Shown here: positions 12,920 to 21,810 of the stretch, piece by piece
How the letters are laid out: every line of letters begins with the position of its first letter
How positions within the stretch are numbered: position 1 is the stretch's first letter
Source of the DNA: Bacilli bacterium
Lineage (GTDB): Bacteria; Bacillota_I; Bacilli_A; RFN20; CAG-826
DNA length: 64,000 bases
Assembly: GCA_024408095.1 (NCBI GenBank)
Contig: JAKSVI010000004.1
Span: forward strand, 1,546-65,545
Direction of reading: 5' to 3'
Program-made: the position numbers and the translations under genes
Notes under the pieces: generated by a model
Told to the model about the DNA's origin: nothing
What the model saw: only the letters and a program-made list of their open reading frames with translations
Database searches by the model: none

Positions 12920-12940
12920 TTGAGTTTGATATGAAAAATG

Positions 12941-12976
12941 AAAAAAAACTCAGAATTTCAACATCTGAGATTTTTT
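12941..12976. terminator. bidirectional terminator between convergent ktrA and nusG
   Basis: AAAAAAAA-CTCAGA-atttcaaca-TCTGAG-ATTTTTT: a 6-bp stem flanked by an A-run and a T-run, between the two stop codons. Confidence 0.5.
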
Positions 12977-12993
12977 CATTTTCACTTTGTATT

Positions 12994-13620
12994 TTAGATT
13001 TTTTCAATATCTGAGAAATCAACTTCAACCCTGGTTGTTCTTCCAAAGAATACAGTTTCAACTTCAACAATTCCAGTATCTTTATTAATAGAAAGAATTT
13101 GTCCTTCGGTTCCTTCAAGAGGTCCATGAATGAGTTTAACATAATCATTAACGTTGTATCTATCATACATTGATTGATCAACCATGCCCATTCTCTTCAA
13201 GACTGGTTCAATTTGTTCTCTTGGAACTGGGAATGGTTTTGTACCTTTACCACTACTTCCAACGAATCCAGTAACACCTGGTGTATTACGAACAACATAC
13301 CAGGCATAGTCTGTCATAATCATTTCAACAAATACATATCCAGGATATAAGTTTTTCATTCTGGTTTTACCAGTTGGAAGATTTGTTTCTCTATCCATAA
13401 CTGGAACTTCTTGCTCCGCAACAATAATACGGAAAATCAAATTTTCTAATCCCATAGTTTCAACACGTTTTTGCAAGTTGAATGCAACTTTTCTTTCGTG
13501 TGTACTATAAGTATTAACAACGTACCAGGCTTTTTCACCTAATTTTTGTTCTTTGCTTGCTGCTTCATCACCGACATCTGTATTAGAGTCGGTAAAAGCC
13601 ATAATTTTATCATCTGCCAT
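12994..13620 (-). CDS. nusG: transcription termination/antitermination factor NusG
   Basis: 208 aa with an NGN domain (KAWYVVNTYSTHERKV) and a KOW motif (DYVKLIHGPLEGTEGQILSI). Follows secE. Confidence 0.93.
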   Translation of the reverse strand: MADDKIMAFTDSNTDVGDEAASKEQKLGEKAWYVVNTYSTHERKVAFNLQKRVETMGLENLIFRIIVAEQEVPVMDRETNLPTGKTRMKNLYPGYVFVEMIMTDYAWYVVRNTPGVTGFVGSSGKGTKPFPVPREQIEPVLKRMGMVDQSMYDRYNVNDYVKLIHGPLEGTEGQILSINKDTGIVEVETVFFGRTTRVEVDFSDIEKI

Positions 13621-13639
13621 AAATTTTATTATCCTTTAA

Positions 13640-13834
13640 TTAATGTTGTTTAAAAGCTTCAGAAAGAATATCTAATAATCTTCTACCAGCTACATCTTCT
13701 CCGAAAAGAAGCAAACCAGCAAATACTGCAATAACAACAACTACAATAATGCTTGGAATTAAAACGTCTCTTTTTGGCCAACGAACACGTCTGCCTTCTT
13801 TAACAACGCCTTTAGTGAAACTTTTGAGTCCCAT
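13640..13834 (-). CDS. secE: preprotein translocase subunit SecE
   Basis: 64 aa with a single TM helix (IIVVVVIAVFAGLLLF) and the conserved position between rpmG and nusG. Confidence 0.85.
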   Translation of the reverse strand: MGLKSFTKGVVKEGRRVRWPKRDVLIPSIIVVVVIAVFAGLLLFGEDVAGRRLLDILSEAFKQH

Positions 13835-13845
13835 ATTGGATCCTC

Positions 13846-13992
13846 CTATTTACTTATTTTGTGGACAGTCTGCTTTCCACAATGCTTACAAAATTTTTTC
13901 AATTCAAGATTTTTACCCTCACCTTTTTTAATGGTGGTTGTGTAATTTCTCGATAGGCATTCGGAGCAAATTAAAAGAACTTTTTCTCTCAT
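13846..13992 (-). CDS. rpmG: 50S ribosomal protein L33
   Basis: Not in the ORF track. Manual translation gives [48 protein letters not shown] (48 aa) with the CxxC...CxxC zinc ribbon. Its stop overlaps the AGGAGGA Shine-Dalgarno of secE. Confidence 0.85.
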   Translation of the reverse strand: MREKVLLICSECLSRNYTTTIKKGEGKNLELKKFCKHCGKQTVHKISK

Positions 13993-14069
13993 CTCCAAAC
14001 CTCCTATATTAATTTTGTTATTTTAATCTATCATTTAAGATTGTTATTTGCAATCTAATTTTTAAAAAA

Positions 14070-14792
14070 TTACTTTATTTTGTTAACCACATCTATTACA
14101 TTCTCGTGAAAAACGAGTTCACAAAAAGAATCATATTGTGTTGAATCCCTATTAACACAAATTAAATGTTTGCCTCGAAAATATCTTATAAAACTTGCGG
14201 CAGGATAAACAACTAAAGATGATCCGATAACAACTAATGTATCAGCATTAGAAATAACATTTATCGCGTTTTTTATATTATCTTCATCTAGTTGTTCTTC
14301 GTATAAAACAACATCAGGCTTAACTATTCCGCCGCAACTTGGGCAAATAGGAATTGAACCACCTAATTTTACAACATCATTTAAAGAATAAAATTTATGA
14401 CAATTCACACAATAATTTCTGTATACTGAACCATGTAATTCAATTACATTTTTACTGCCCGCCATTTGATGAAGACCGTCGATATTCTGTGTAACAACAT
14501 ATACATTTTGTTTCTTCTCAAGATCCGCAATGAAATTATGAGCTAAATTAGGCAACGCTTTTGGATAAACCATTTTATCAAAATAGAAATTATAGAATTC
14601 TTCTGTGTTTTGAATGAAAAAATCATGAGAAATAATCGTCTCGGGTTTTAATTGTCCATATTTTTCACTGTAAAGACCATTACTACTCCTGAAATCGGGT
14701 ATATTGCTTGGCGTTGAGATGCCAGCACCAGTAAAAAAGACAATTAATTTGGAATTGTCTAATATATCTTTAAGAGTTTGATATTTATCCAT
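14070..14792 (-). CDS. cobB: NAD-dependent protein deacylase (Sir2/CobB family)
   Basis: 240 aa with GAGISTPSNIPDFRS, QNIDGLH, a zinc ribbon CVNCHK...CPSCGG and VIGSSLVVYPA. Confidence 0.85.
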   Translation of the reverse strand: MDKYQTLKDILDNSKLIVFFTGAGISTPSNIPDFRSSNGLYSEKYGQLKPETIISHDFFIQNTEEFYNFYFDKMVYPKALPNLAHNFIADLEKKQNVYVVTQNIDGLHQMAGSKNVIELHGSVYRNYCVNCHKFYSLNDVVKLGGSIPICPSCGGIVKPDVVLYEEQLDEDNIKNAINVISNADTLVVIGSSLVVYPAASFIRYFRGKHLICVNRDSTQYDSFCELVFHENVIDVVNKIK

Positions 14793-15265
14793 TAATCAAT
14801 AAGGTTCTTATTTTTAAGAACAAAGAATAAACCAATAGCAGTCATACCAATAAACGCTATCGAAATAATAATTGTAAGTGTGGTGTCTTCTGGAAGTGCG
14901 TTTTTAGTGTTTGAAGGAGTTGTTTTCGGATAGTACATAGCAGTTAAGAAATCTAGTGACGCTTTTACCTTCTCGCCAGCCAAATCAGTCCATTCATCCA
15001 AAAGGACTTTTTCTCCTCTCACCATCACGTTATATTCATAGTAAAGAAAATTGTATGTATCTTTATCCACATCGCATATTGAACTTTCAGGTGTTGGCCT
15101 AACATTTGCTGTCCAATATTCTTCATATTTTTGAGCTGTCTCAAGGTGCTGAACTTCTGCTTCTTGAGCTTCAGTTTTTACAGCATTTTGTGTCGAAAAC
15201 CCCGCAAAACCCGCAGGGATTGCTAATAATAAGAAACCAAGAAAAAATATTTTTAACTTCTTCAT
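14792..15265 (-). CDS. hypothetical exported protein with C-terminal membrane anchor
   Basis: Start trimmed to ATG 15265 (MKKLKIFFLGFLLLAIPAGFAG signal), 1 nt after the upstream stop. C-terminal TM helix LTIIISIAFIGMTAIGLFFVL. No family recognised. Confidence 0.45.
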   Translation of the reverse strand: MKKLKIFFLGFLLLAIPAGFAGFSTQNAVKTEAQEAEVQHLETAQKYEEYWTANVRPTPESSICDVDKDTYNFLYYEYNVMVRGEKVLLDEWTDLAGEKVKASLDFLTAMYYPKTTPSNTKNALPEDTTLTIIISIAFIGMTAIGLFFVLKNKNLID

Positions 15266-15266
15266 A

Positions 15267-15476
15267 TTACTTTCCAACCGTACAAATTACGATTACACAA
15301 GCAACAATTAAAACTAACAAAACACTGAAAACAATGATAGAAGAAAATGGGATTTCAAAATGGCCTTTTTCTTCTGGCGAAAGTTTGCTTTCATCAACCT
15401 GCAAATCTTTATCGGGTCGAAAATTTGGATCTTTTTTAGCTTCTTCTAATGCTTCTTTTCGTCTAGTCTTAAACAT
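15267..15476 (-). CDS. hypothetical small tail-anchored membrane protein
   Basis: 69 aa with a charged N-terminal half and one C-terminal TM helix. Tightly packed within the operon. No family recognised. Confidence 0.35.
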   Translation of the reverse strand: MFKTRRKEALEEAKKDPNFRPDKDLQVDESKLSPEEKGHFEIPFSSIIVFSVLLVLIVACVIVICTVGK

Positions 15477-16284
15477 TTTTAAAATACCTTCGAGTTATAT
15501 ATATTATATAAGAAATAAAAGCAGTATTTAATGGAACATTTACAAAAGCAACAATTATTTGGCAAAGCAGGATGATTGGATATAAGCTCATCGAGAAGGC
15601 TGTTGCTTTCATCAATGATCCAAATAATATCATTACCACTACCTCAAGGATCAATGAAGCGGTTGCAACTTGATACACATTGAAAACTGGCACAACATTT
15701 TTCTTATTTAAATGTCGATCGAATAACTTAATAAATAAGATTAACAAACCAAATAAAGCAAAACTAAGTGAAGGGATTAAAATTCGAGCCCAGAGTTCAA
15801 AGCTATAAACGTTCCCCCCTAAAGAAAGCGAACTGTTTAGCGAAAACACAAGGGTAGTTGATACAAATAAAACTCCTAAGACTCCATACAAAATAATTTC
15901 TGACAACTTTTTATTTGAGAATTTTCGTATCAAGCAGAAAACAAAATATGACACAAAACCCAATAAAGCATAAATTGCGGTAATTTGTATGAACGGCATA
16001 TATGCTTTTGTATCAAAAATAAGATATCCAAGTAAATCGCTAGCCGCGCCAACTAAAAACCCAAACCATGGGCCCAACAAAATTGATGAAATAATAATTA
16101 TGGCAGGCCCACCAAATGATATTCTAAAAAATGGTAGCACAGGGATGTTAATCACAAATGCTTTTTGAAAGATAGTAGCGAGCGCTATAAATAGGCCAGC
16201 CAAACAAATCTTTTGAACAATTGAAAAAGATGACTTTATGAAAAAATTACTTTTTAAGAATGCCATCTTTAAATTCCCTTTCAA
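15469..16284 (-). CDS. membrane protein, FolT-like ECF transporter S component (N-terminal half)
   Basis: 271-aa polytopic protein. The N-terminal region (FRISFGGPAIIIISSILLGPWFGFLVGAASDLLGYLIFD) resembles folate-family ECF S components, and the gene is adjacent to folC. It is longer than typical FolT. Confidence 0.5.
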   Translation of the reverse strand: MKGNLKMAFLKSNFFIKSSFSIVQKICLAGLFIALATIFQKAFVINIPVLPFFRISFGGPAIIIISSILLGPWFGFLVGAASDLLGYLIFDTKAYMPFIQITAIYALLGFVSYFVFCLIRKFSNKKLSEIILYGVLGVLFVSTTLVFSLNSSLSLGGNVYSFELWARILIPSLSFALFGLLILFIKLFDRHLNKKNVVPVFNVYQVATASLILEVVVMILFGSLMKATAFSMSLYPIILLCQIIVAFVNVPLNTAFISYIIYITRRYFKNV

Positions 16285-17473
16285 CTAAAGCGGCAAAAGC
16301 TAACGAACCAGTAATTAAAATTATATCTTCAGGATTCTCAGCAATTATTTTATTAATAAGATCAATGTGATTTTCTTCAAATTTATAATCATTTAGATAA
16401 AGAAAATAATCTTCTTCTTTTCTAGCTCTGGGATGATCAAATGTTGTAAGAGTTAATGATGATGATTCAACGGCGATTGTGTTCAAAATATTTTCAATAT
16501 TCTTGTCTTTAAAACATGCGATAATTGTATGAATTTTAGCAAAATTATGCAAGTTTTGCAGAGATTTTACTAAATTTTCAACTGCTTCTGGATTATGTCC
16601 ACCATCGATAATTATCAGAGGTTTTTTTGAAATAACATCAAATCGACAAGGCATTGTAACATTGGATAAACCATTATAAATATGTTCATCTTTTATTGGA
16701 AATTGAGACGCTAAAATAAGGCAAGCTTTAATAGCTAAACAGGCATCAAAAACAGAGTAATTAGCAGGGCTTTTTATCTTGATATTTTTATAGCTTAAGT
16801 ATGAAAAAATGGAACCATCCCAAGTGTTAGAAACATTGTTAGGTTTCTCAACTACAAATAATTCACTTTTATTAAGTCTGCATTCCGAAACAACGACTGT
16901 TTTTGATTCTTCCGCGAGATCTCCAATCAACACTGGAACCATCGGTCTAAAAATTCCACATTTCTGTTGAGTTATCTCAGAAACAGAGCGGCCTAAGAAA
17001 TTAGTGTGTTCCAATGAAACACTGGTGATAATACAAAGAATTGAATCGTAAATATTTGTTGCGTCTAATTCCCCACCCATTCCACATTCTACGACCGCAA
17101 TATCAACATTATTTCTTTCGAAGTAAACAAAGCAAATAAATGTCTCAACCTCAAATTCAGAAAGATCATATTTCTTTATCATTTTGGCGTATTCTTCGTA
17201 TATTGAGACAAATTCATCATCTGAAATAATTTGATCATTTATGGATATCATTTCATTAATTTCATTTAAATAAGGTGAACAAAATAAGCCAACTTTATAG
17301 CCAGCAGATTTATAAATTGAAGCAATATATTTAGCAGTGCTTCCTTTTCCATTTGTCCCAGCAATGTGAATTGTTGGACGTTTATATCCAAAACCAACTT
17401 TTTTTAAAAACGAATCAAAATTTTGTCTTTGATAATCATTGCGTAAGTGTGCTGACATTATTTCTTTTATCAT
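16247..17473 (-). CDS. folC: folylpolyglutamate synthase/dihydrofolate synthase (Mur ligase family)
   Basis: P-loop HIAGTNGKGST and Mur-ligase central and C-terminal domains. Start trimmed to ATG 17473 (MIKEIMSAH...), directly after the smpB stop (TAGCATG). Confidence 0.85.
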   Translation of the reverse strand: MIKEIMSAHLRNDYQRQNFDSFLKKVGFGYKRPTIHIAGTNGKGSTAKYIASIYKSAGYKVGLFCSPYLNEINEMISINDQIISDDEFVSIYEEYAKMIKKYDLSEFEVETFICFVYFERNNVDIAVVECGMGGELDATNIYDSILCIITSVSLEHTNFLGRSVSEITQQKCGIFRPMVPVLIGDLAEESKTVVVSECRLNKSELFVVEKPNNVSNTWDGSIFSYLSYKNIKIKSPANYSVFDACLAIKACLILASQFPIKDEHIYNGLSNVTMPCRFDVISKKPLIIIDGGHNPEAVENLVKSLQNLHNFAKIHTIIACFKDKNIENILNTIAVESSSLTLTTFDHPRARKEEDYFLYLNDYKFEENHIDLINKIIAENPEDIILITGSLAFAALVEREFKDGILKK

Positions 17474-17474
17474 G

Positions 17475-17924
17475 CTAATCTCCACGTTCGATATCCCTCT
17501 GAATATCTCTTGCTTTAATAGTTTCACGCTTATCGTAAGCTTTTTTACCTTTTGCTAACGCAATTTCTATCTTGGCTTTCCCTTTTCTTAAATATACTTT
17601 CGTTGGAACAACAGTATATCCACCAGTCTTTATCTTATTTTCATACCATCGAATCTCTTTTTTGTGCATTAAAAGTTTTCTTGTTCTTAATGGATCATGA
17701 TTAAATAAATTACCTTTATCGTAAGGTGTTATGTGCATGTTTAAAATTGTAGCCTCGCCATTATGAAAAACTATATATGAATCACTTAAAGAGGCACCAT
17801 TAATTCTTAGTGATTTTATTTCTGTGCCTAGAAGTTCAATTCCACATTCTAAAAAATCACTCAAAAAGTAATTGAAGTGTGCTTTTTTGTTTTGGGAAAT
17901 AATTTTTACATTCTCTTTTTCCAT
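17475..17924 (-). CDS. smpB: SsrA-binding protein
   Basis: 149 aa with typical SmpB sequence (NKKAHFNYFL…GTEIKSLR…RTRKLLMHKKEI…) and a basic C-terminal tail. Confidence 0.93.
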   Translation of the reverse strand: MEKENVKIISQNKKAHFNYFLSDFLECGIELLGTEIKSLRINGASLSDSYIVFHNGEATILNMHITPYDKGNLFNHDPLRTRKLLMHKKEIRWYENKIKTGGYTVVPTKVYLRKGKAKIEIALAKGKKAYDKRETIKARDIQRDIERGD

Positions 17925-17960
17925 AACGCTATCATATATAATACACGCGTATATTGCATA

Positions 17961-17992
17961 AAAAAATAAAAAAACGGGAAACCCGTCTTTTT
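17961..17992 (-). terminator. rho-independent terminator after the CarD-like gene
   Basis: Minus strand reads AAAGACGGG-TTT-CCCGT followed by TTTTTTATTTTTTT, about 10 nt after the stop at 18002. Confidence 0.55.
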
Positions 17993-18001
17993 ATCAATAT
18001 A

Positions 18002-18490
18002 TTATTTAGAATACTTAATTACTAATCCTTCAACTTTTTCAGGTGCTACATTAAATGCAATTTCAAATTCTCTATATAACATTCGTCTTGCAGATTCTAA
18101 TACATTAACATCGCTAGGTCCAAGTTTCATAACAACACCATTTCTATTGTTTTCAATAAATAATTGAAGCTGTTTGGTTAAGAACGCAAGGTCTCTTGGA
18201 TTACCGCTGGAGAGTCTCTTGTGAAAGTTATCTCTTCTTTGCTTTGTGTTGTTGAATGACTCAATACCAATTTCCTTCATTTCTTTGATGATGGTAATAG
18301 CCTCTTTTTTATCAATAATTCTTCTCAATAAAGGAACAGAATTATCTTTTGGGACAAATATTGTATCGCCACCACTTTGTTCTGGTTCTATAACAAAATA
18401 AATAGTGCCGGAAATATCTTTTTCGGCAATAATCTTTGACACACCTTCGCGGCAGTGTACAACGACTTCACCAACCTTAAAATCACTCAT
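18002..18490 (-). CDS. CarD/CdnL family transcriptional regulator
   Basis: 162 aa with an N-terminal RNAP-interacting Tudor-like motif (FKVGEVVVHCREGVSKI) and a helical C-terminal domain. Confidence 0.75.
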   Translation of the reverse strand: MSDFKVGEVVVHCREGVSKIIAEKDISGTIYFVIEPEQSGGDTIFVPKDNSVPLLRRIIDKKEAITIIKEMKEIGIESFNNTKQRRDNFHKRLSSGNPRDLAFLTKQLQLFIENNRNGVVMKLGPSDVNVLESARRMLYREFEIAFNVAPEKVEGLVIKYSK

Positions 18491-18553
18491 ACTATCTTTA
18501 TTTTATCAAAAAAATTATTTTAAAAATAAGTGTTTTTTTATTTGAATGTAAAA

Positions 18554-19156
18554 TTAGTCAATATAACAGGCTGTAAAATAGAATCCAATATATAAAATAA
18601 ATATGTTGAAGGGCATCAAAATTTCAAACCAATCTCTACCAAAATGACTAACTAAAATAACGCACAAAATTGCGCCAACGAACATAAGTGCACTTGAAAG
18701 TAATATAGATACTTTTACAGCTTTTTTAGTCCAACGAAATTCAAATATATTTTCCAATAAATAAAAAATAAATGCTAAGAAAATAACGAGAGCCGCAATG
18801 CCAAAAACAATATCAAATCCCATTTCAATTGGATGAGTTTTGTTTTTTGCAACCTCTGATAAGAACATTTGCGAATACAAAACACTATCAAAAACTTTTA
18901 AGGCGCCAAAGATAATGGTTATAGCCTTAAGTTTATCTAACAACAAAGAAATTACTAAACCGCCAACTAATATGACAGAAATTACAAAATATCCTAATGA
19001 TCCTGGAACAAAACCAAAATTAGCCCATTCAAATGCATTTATGAATATTCCACCAATGAATGCGATAATCAAAATAATTGCTGCAAGTAATCTTTGTTTG
19101 TTTTTGTTTTTAATTACTACTAAGAAATCTGATTTATTCGTTTGCATAATTGTCAA
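18554..19156 (-). CDS. hypothetical polytopic membrane protein
   Basis: 200 aa with about 6 predicted TM helices. No family recognised. Overlaps the upstream gene end by about 20 nt. Confidence 0.45.
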   Translation of the reverse strand: MTIMQTNKSDFLVVIKNKNKQRLLAAIILIIAFIGGIFINAFEWANFGFVPGSLGYFVISVILVGGLVISLLLDKLKAITIIFGALKVFDSVLYSQMFLSEVAKNKTHPIEMGFDIVFGIAALVIFLAFIFYLLENIFEFRWTKKAVKVSILLSSALMFVGAILCVILVSHFGRDWFEILMPFNIFILYIGFYFTACYID

Positions 19157-20324
19157 AATATCCTTGGACTAAAACAACAGGGGTTCCTTTGTCTCCACTG
19201 CCACTTACTAAATCACATAATGAACCGAGCAAGTCAGTTATTTGTCTAGGAGTTGTTCCTTGAGATGCCATTTGACCAACAAGGTTTGAACTTTTATTTG
19301 TGATGTTATTTTTTATTGCTTCTTCTAGAGCGCTACCTTTCAAATTTTTAAAATCGTTATCAGCTAAATATTTTAGTTTTAACTCATTTGGCGTTCCTTT
19401 AAGTCCGGGTGTATGGAATGGTGAAACAACAGGATCTGCTAATTCCCAAATCTTACCTTGTGGATCTTTAAATGCACCATCACCATAAACCATCACTTCA
19501 ATCTTTTTTCCGGTAAGTTTAAACATTTTATTTTGTATTTCTTCAACCAAATTTTGTGAATCTCTGGGGAAGAGTTTAACAACATCTTCAGTGGATTTAT
19601 TTGAACCTAAAAGTCCAAAATCTCCGTTAAATCCCGAATTATTTATCGGATTATTTAAAATTTCATCTAATCCTAAGACAAGTTCAGCGCCTCTATTTTT
19701 TAGTAAGGCTTTAGAATATTTTCTTGTATGAATATCACAGGTAATTACTTTTTTGCAATACAACAAAATGGCATCTGCATGGTTAGCAAAAAGTACTTCA
19801 ATTTCGCATCCAACAGATTGTACTAATTTAATGTAGTAATCAATATAATCAACGCCTGTAAATTCATGGACTCTATATCCAAATTTTTCTCTATATGTTT
19901 TTAAATCTAAAACATCAGAATATGGATTAACTCCACTAGCGATAATTTGATCATCAGTTAATAAAGCATTACCAACTTCATCACGGGGATAAGAGAGCAT
20001 CAAGTATATTTTCTTAACACCCATCGCTATACCTTTTAATAATATAGAGAAACGATTTCTTGAAAGAATAGGAAATATAAGCCCTATTTCGTTTCCACCT
20101 GTTTTAATTCTAACATCTGTTGCGATGTCGTTAATTGTTGCATAATTGCCTTGAGCTCTTGCAACAATAGACTCTGTAATTGCAACAACATCTTTATCAT
20201 TAAAAGAAAAATTTTCATTCTCTCTAGCTTTAATAAGCGAATCAACAGTAATATCAGCTAGATTATCGCCTTGTTTAACAATTGGCAACCGTATGCCTCT
20301 AGCAGTTACACCAACAGTTCTCAT
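19134..20324 (-). CDS. CofE-like (F420-0:gamma-glutamyl ligase family) protein with extra C-terminal domain
   Basis: 396 aa. The N-terminus (MRTVGVTARGIRLPIVKQGDNLADI…DKDVVAITESIVARAQGN) follows the CofE-family pattern G.P.I..GD.L…D.DV…SK…AEG. ATGA overlap with the upstream FAD-protein gene. Confidence 0.55.
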   Translation of the reverse strand: MRTVGVTARGIRLPIVKQGDNLADITVDSLIKARENENFSFNDKDVVAITESIVARAQGNYATINDIATDVRIKTGGNEIGLIFPILSRNRFSILLKGIAMGVKKIYLMLSYPRDEVGNALLTDDQIIASGVNPYSDVLDLKTYREKFGYRVHEFTGVDYIDYYIKLVQSVGCEIEVLFANHADAILLYCKKVITCDIHTRKYSKALLKNRGAELVLGLDEILNNPINNSGFNGDFGLLGSNKSTEDVVKLFPRDSQNLVEEIQNKMFKLTGKKIEVMVYGDGAFKDPQGKIWELADPVVSPFHTPGLKGTPNELKLKYLADNDFKNLKGSALEEAIKNNITNKSSNLVGQMASQGTTPRQITDLLGSLCDLVSGSGDKGTPVVLVQGYFDNYANE

Positions 20325-21736
20325 TTTTCATACTCCTTGTTAATACTTCTAGCAATATGAACTCCACATGCAGAAGCTTGCGCTAATCCTCGTGTTAAGC
20401 CAGCTCCATCTCCACCGACATATAAATGTGAGATTGCAGATGTTTCAAATGTATTTTTAATATCTGGGTGAGAAGAATAATATTTTGCTTCAACACCATA
20501 AAGCAATGTATGTTCAGTTGCTATACCAGGAGTGATATTATCTAAAACTTGAATCATTTCAATAATAGATTGCATGGTTTTTTGGGGTAAACATAATGAT
20601 AAGTCACCAGGCACAGCCTCTTTTAATGTTGGTTTAACAAAACCTTCTCTTAATCTATCGTAATTAGTTCTTCTTCCTTTAAGGAGATCACCAAATCTTT
20701 GAACAATTACAGATCCACATGCTAATTGATTTGCAAGGGAAGAAACTTTTAATGCATATTCGTTTGGTTTCTTAAATGGTTCATCAAAGTGATGAGTAAC
20801 TAATAAAGCAAAGTTTGTATTTTCACTATGTAATGAGGAATCACTATATGAATGCCCATTAACGTTAATAACTCCGCCATAATTTTCAACGACTACATGG
20901 CCTCCTGGATTTGAACAGAAAGTTCTAACTGTATTTCCTGTTGATGTTCTATAAATAAATTTGCCTTCATAAAGATTTTTGTTTATTTCATCCATAACTA
21001 AGTTAGGACATTCAACACGAACACCAATATCAACTTGATTTTGTTTCATTGGAACGTTGTATTCATCAAATATTTCTTCTAGCCAATTGCTACCTTCACG
21101 CCCAACAGCTAAAACAACATTATTAGCTTCAATAATACTGCCATTTGAGAGTTTAATGCCTTTAACAACATTATCTTCCACTACTAAATCATCGACTTTG
21201 GTGCAGAATTTGATTTCTATTTTCTTTAATAAATCGTCGCTTATTCTTTTCAATATTTTTAAGTTTTCTTCAGTGCCTAAATGGCGAACTTTGCTTCTTA
21301 ATAATTTAAGTCCTACAGACATTGCACGTTTCTCAATATCTAATACTTCTTTTGTTTCTGGATTTGTTAATACTTTTGTCGCTCCATATTGAAGATTAAT
21401 TTCATCAACATATCTGATAAGGTCTAAAACTTCTTGCTCACTTAAATAAGTTGTGAGCCATCCACCAAATTCTGAAGTGATATTAAACTTTCCATCTGAA
21501 TATGCACCTGCTCCACCAAAACCATTAGTAATAGAGCATGCAGGAAAGCATTCTTTTAATTTTCCTCCATTAGGACATTTTTCTAATTTATGTAGTAAAA
21601 CAGGACACCTTCTTTTTTCAATTGGTAATCCTTTATCAATCAAAATTACTTTTAACTGTGGATTATTTTTCGTGAGTTCATAGGCGCACATATAGCCGCA
21701 TGGACCAGCGCCAACAATGGCAACATCGTACTTCAT
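20321..21736 (-). CDS. FAD-dependent protein (COG2509-like uncharacterised dehydrogenase)
   Basis: Dinucleotide-binding YDVAIVGAGPCG at the N-terminus. Start trimmed to ATG 21736 (MKYDVAIV...) with AAAGGAGAG upstream. C-terminal GGDGAGLTRGLAQA motif. Confidence 0.7.
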   Translation of the reverse strand: MKYDVAIVGAGPCGYMCAYELTKNNPQLKVILIDKGLPIEKRRCPVLLHKLEKCPNGGKLKECFPACSITNGFGGAGAYSDGKFNITSEFGGWLTTYLSEQEVLDLIRYVDEINLQYGATKVLTNPETKEVLDIEKRAMSVGLKLLRSKVRHLGTEENLKILKRISDDLLKKIEIKFCTKVDDLVVEDNVVKGIKLSNGSIIEANNVVLAVGREGSNWLEEIFDEYNVPMKQNQVDIGVRVECPNLVMDEINKNLYEGKFIYRTSTGNTVRTFCSNPGGHVVVENYGGVINVNGHSYSDSSLHSENTNFALLVTHHFDEPFKKPNEYALKVSSLANQLACGSVIVQRFGDLLKGRRTNYDRLREGFVKPTLKEAVPGDLSLCLPQKTMQSIIEMIQVLDNITPGIATEHTLLYGVEAKYYSSHPDIKNTFETSAISHLYVGGDGAGLTRGLAQASACGVHIARSINKEYEK

Positions 21737-21810
21737 AAATTTCTCTCCTTTTAAAGAGTTTTGCATTAAATTATTTTACATAAATTATTCTTAAAAGAAT
21801 AGATATGAAT

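Noticed and set aside
14070-14792. Sir2-domain protein as a possible anti-phage effector (Thoeris/DSR/SIR2-HerA-like).
   Set aside because: It is a compact 240-aa sirtuin with the full deacylase motif set and a Cys4 zinc ribbon. It has no fused sensor domain and no partner gene, and it sits among housekeeping genes. An ordinary CobB is the simpler reading.
16247-16284. 20-38-nt overlap between the FolT-like gene start and the folC 3' end, as a possible programmed frameshift or fusion.
   Set aside because: Both reading frames are intact with their own stop and start, and an alternative start (ATG 16266) reduces the overlap. Short overlaps are common throughout this compact operon structure.
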